Positions 61,187 to 64,000 of a stretch of 64,000 bases of DNA are shown here, one piece after another. The notes below the pieces were generated by a model that was given only the letters and a program-made list of their open reading frames with translations, was not told the DNA's origin and searched no databases. The translations under genes and the position numbers were made by a program. The stretch spans positions 704,001 through 768,000 of the forward strand of contig CBDAOY010000005.1 of assembly GCA_965198225.1 (NCBI GenBank). The letters are read 5' to 3'. Numbering within the stretch: position 1 is the first letter of the stretch; each line of letters opens with the position of its first letter. The stretch is from Terriglobia bacterium. GTDB lineage: Bacteria > Acidobacteriota > Terriglobia > 20CM-2-55-15.

Positions 61187-61942
61187 CTACCTCTTTGGGA
61201 CTGGACTCGGCAAGCCCGTTTTAGTCCTCCAACTCCGAGGGCCGCATTTGAGGATGTGGCCGTGATGGAGCAGCCGGTCCAGCATGGCTGTGACGGCGGC
61301 GCTATCACCCAGTAGTTTTCCCCAGTCTTGGACGGGTCGATTCGATGTCAGTAACGTACTGGTCCGTTCATAGCGTCGCATCACGATCTCGAGGAGTTCC
61401 TCTGCTGCAGTGGGAGGAAGCTTCCGCATCCCCAGATCGTCGATGATCAGCAGCGGGACCGTCGCCAAAGCTTCCATGCACTCCTTTCGGGTACCGTCAA
61501 TGGTGGCTTCGGCGATGTCGTCGAGAAGCGCATGAGTTTCACGGTAGACGACCCGATAGCCCTGCTCAATGGCAGCCAAGCCGATGGCCTGAGCCAGATG
61601 ACTCTTGCCGGTGCCAGGAGGACCGAGAAACAAGGCATCGTCGTGCCTGGAGATGAAGGCGCCCGTCGCCAGGTCGAAGACCAGACTACGATTCATCTTC
61701 TTGTTGAAAGTAAAGTCGAAGGAGTCGAGCGTCTTCTGGGGATCGCGGAACCGGGCCTGTTTCCGACGCCGTTCCAACAACCGGATGCTGCGACGGTCCA
61801 GTTCATCCGAGACCAGACGAGAGACCAAGTCGATCGGCGCCATGGCTTCGGTCTGGGCCTGGTGGAGGCGTGTTTCCAACACCTCGGCAATGCCGCCGAG
61901 CCGGAGTTGTCGGAGAGCCCGCTGGAGTTCGATCAGATTCAT
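61187..61942 (-). CDS. istB: IS21 helper ATPase
   Basis: GPPGTGKS, LLIIDDLG, TSN, 'AMLDRLLHH'. Confidence 0.95.
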   Translation of the reverse strand: MNLIELQRALRQLRLGGIAEVLETRLHQAQTEAMAPIDLVSRLVSDELDRRSIRLLERRRKQARFRDPQKTLDSFDFTFNKKMNRSLVFDLATGAFISRHDDALFLGPPGTGKSHLAQAIGLAAIEQGYRVVYRETHALLDDIAEATIDGTRKECMEALATVPLLIIDDLGMRKLPPTAAEELLEIVMRRYERTSTLLTSNRPVQDWGKLLGDSAAVTAMLDRLLHHGHILKCGPRSWRTKTGLPSPVPKR

Positions 61943-63579
61943 GAGTGTTCCTGCTCCTGGATTTTGAGGTTGATGAGATCGCGATACTGAGTCAGTTCGC
62001 GAATGAGAGGATCGACCTGACGCAGGGCGAGTGGAGGTCGCCGCTCCAGATAGCGGCGGACGAAACGATACTCGTAGACGTGGAGTTCCAGTGCCGCAGC
62101 CGAAGCATCCTCCACGGCGGAGACACCGTACTTCTTGGCCAGGGAGAGCACACCCAGGATGCGGCGGACCGCAGCTTCCCCTTGTCGGCGGTGAATGGCG
62201 TCACAGAGTGTGCCGATGTGGGTGCCAGCGCGGCGGGCTCGGGCCAGCAGTTGCACCGTCGTTAACGGGGTTTTCTTCGGGTTGTCTTCAGCACGGACAC
62301 GGTATCCACCCCGCTTCTGGCGGACATGCTCGCGGAGGAGTGGATAGGTGTTTGGGTCCAGGATCCGGACGTGAAGCGTGTCCCACTGGACCTTGACACC
62401 CCGTCCGATCCAGCCCGGCGGTACACTGTAATAGGCGGCTTCGACTTCGACGCAACCGTCGAGATGGACGACACGTTCACCGAATTGGTAATAGCGAAAC
62501 GGTTCGATCGGCAGCGGCTTAAGAGATGGTTTCTCTTCGGCGAACATGGCCGCCACCTGCCGCTTGGTCGTGCCGTGGATGCGGGTGTCGGCCCATCGGA
62601 CTTCCCAGCGATCCAGATACCCCTGGGCCTGGTCGAGGCTCTCGAAGCGCTGTCCCTTCAATGGGGTCTTCTGGGCGTGCCCGACACCGGATTCGACTTT
62701 GCCTTTGCGGTCTGGATCGCGCACCCGGCATGGCATGGCCACCACGCCGTAATGGGTCAGGACATCTCGAAACAACGGATTCAGGGTGGGGTCGTAATGG
62801 TCCGGGACGATCACGCCTTCGCGCAGGTTATCCAGCACGATGAGGCGGGGAGTGCCGCCGAGTCGGCGGAACGCGGTCTCGTGCAACTGGGCCCAGATGC
62901 GGGAACTGGACTTGAACGTCAGCAGCCGGACCGATTTGCGGCTGTAGCCCAACGTCATCACGAACAGCCGCGTCCGTCGGTACTTGCCCGTCTTCGGATC
63001 CCGGACCATCGGTCCGGTCCCGTAGTCGACCTGCGCTTCCTCTCCAGCTCCGGTCTGGATGATTCCGACCGCTTCCGGGGATCGCACTCCCCGGAGTTTG
63101 CGAACGAAACGCTTGACCGATTCGTAGCTGCCGACAAAACCGTGATCCGTGACCAGGTCCTGCCAGATCGCCATCGCGTTGCGGCCACGCTCCAGCGCCT
63201 GTTGGATGGTCTCCCGGTACGGCTCGCAGGAACTGCCCGACGGTGGGCTTGGAGGGGGAGCCGACGACTCTGCCGAGACCGGATTCTCGGCCTCCGGGTC
63301 GGTGGTCACTTCGTTGGCCGGTTTTGAAGTATCGGAACCGCCAAACCCCTCAACGACACCATTTACGCCGTCCGGGTCGGTGGTCACCTCGTTGGCCGGT
63401 TTTGCCGGTCGCCGGCCCCAACTCCCGGGCGGCCGAATGGGGATTCCGGCCGCTCTCAGATACGCACTGGCCGTCTCACGACGCACGCCGGTGGTCTGTT
63501 CGATCCGACGCAGCGGCCATCCAAGCCGCCCCAATGCAACAACTTGCTCTCTCTTTTCTGTGCTCAAGACATTGCTCAT
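61939..63579 (-). CDS. istA: IS21 transposase
   Basis: GEEAQVDYG, LGYSR, DNL, 'KGKVESGV', 'HGTT'. Confidence 0.95.
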   Translation of the reverse strand: MSNVLSTEKREQVVALGRLGWPLRRIEQTTGVRRETASAYLRAAGIPIRPPGSWGRRPAKPANEVTTDPDGVNGVVEGFGGSDTSKPANEVTTDPEAENPVSAESSAPPPSPPSGSSCEPYRETIQQALERGRNAMAIWQDLVTDHGFVGSYESVKRFVRKLRGVRSPEAVGIIQTGAGEEAQVDYGTGPMVRDPKTGKYRRTRLFVMTLGYSRKSVRLLTFKSSSRIWAQLHETAFRRLGGTPRLIVLDNLREGVIVPDHYDPTLNPLFRDVLTHYGVVAMPCRVRDPDRKGKVESGVGHAQKTPLKGQRFESLDQAQGYLDRWEVRWADTRIHGTTKRQVAAMFAEEKPSLKPLPIEPFRYYQFGERVVHLDGCVEVEAAYYSVPPGWIGRGVKVQWDTLHVRILDPNTYPLLREHVRQKRGGYRVRAEDNPKKTPLTTVQLLARARRAGTHIGTLCDAIHRRQGEAAVRRILGVLSLAKKYGVSAVEDASAAALELHVYEYRFVRRYLERRPPLALRQVDPLIRELTQYRDLINLKIQEQEHS

Positions 63580-64000
63580 GCCGACGGAGCCTGTTTCGGC
63601 TTCCCGTCGGTGTCAATGTCCCGGGCTTATCTATGTTCGTTGGCCGGTTTTCAGGTGACCACCATTGGCCGGTTTTGGGTGACCGCCGAGGGGTGTGTAC
63701 ATCAAAGCAGGGCTGGAGAAGGAAAAGGCCGTGATCCTGGTAGTGATCGCCGCTTTAAGTGATGGCACTAAAGTGGTGGTGTCGGTCAGTAGTGGTTATC
63801 GAGAATCGACCCAGAGCTGGTCCGAAGTGCTGAGGGATCTCAAAGAGCGGGGGATGAACCCACCGAGACTGGTGATGGCTGACGGGCATCTGGGGATCTG
63901 GGGAGCGTTGCGCAACGTTTTCCCAGAAGCCGACGAGCAGAGATGCTGGAATCATCGCATCGTCAACTTGCTGGCTAAGATCCCCAAGGGTCGGCACAAA

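Larger units (their letters stand above)
61133..63691 (-). mobile_element. IS21 family element with a 4-bp GGTG target duplication
   Basis: Ends CCTCAGTGGTCAC..AAAACCGGCCAA / TTGGCCGGTTTT..GTGACCGCCGAGG; GGTG at 61129-61132 and 63692-63695. Confidence 0.92.
60272..64000 (+). mobile_element. IS256 family element; transposase 60613-61132 + 63696->64000, split by IS21
   Basis: GAGAGTG-type left end; YRNGY, 'WADG|VY', 'MADG', 'QRCWNH' motifs; frame is restored when IS21 is removed. Confidence 0.88.

Noticed and set aside
1-64000. tRNA, rRNA or riboswitch genes
   Set aside because: None recognised by eye; a covariance-model search would be needed to exclude them

Overview
GC-rich bacterial window, most consistent with an Acidobacteriota genome. 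This is inferred from the Oar-type TonB-dependent receptor, the DUF1549/1553-DUF1501 operon and the NHL-repeat protein. Positions 1-37 kb are mostly core and metabolic genes: RDD protein, lptD, hemB, hemL, GGDEF protein, two gamma-glutamyltransferases, LysM lytic transglycosylase, rlpA, amidohydrolases, an ECF sigma module and toxin-antitoxin pairs. They are interspersed with several families of palindromic REP/MITE repeats, and a class IIC intron sits just after a terminator. Positions 37-64 kb are a dense stack of mobile elements. The main result is two distinct IS1111-type (IS110 family) elements inserted in one group II intron. Their downstream non-coding regions contain readable bridge/seekRNA-like guide loops that match their intron target sites and their own circle junctions, and an uninterrupted intron copy in the same window gives the empty sites. 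Also present: a three-level nest of group II introns inside a Tn3-type inverted repeat, a PRTase-DprA (ShosTA-like) pair, an IS21 inside an IS256, and a candidate ECF promoter (GGGGGA-N15-CGACTAT) shared by the sigma gene and a spondin gene. All calls come from reading motifs by eye; no database searches were run.
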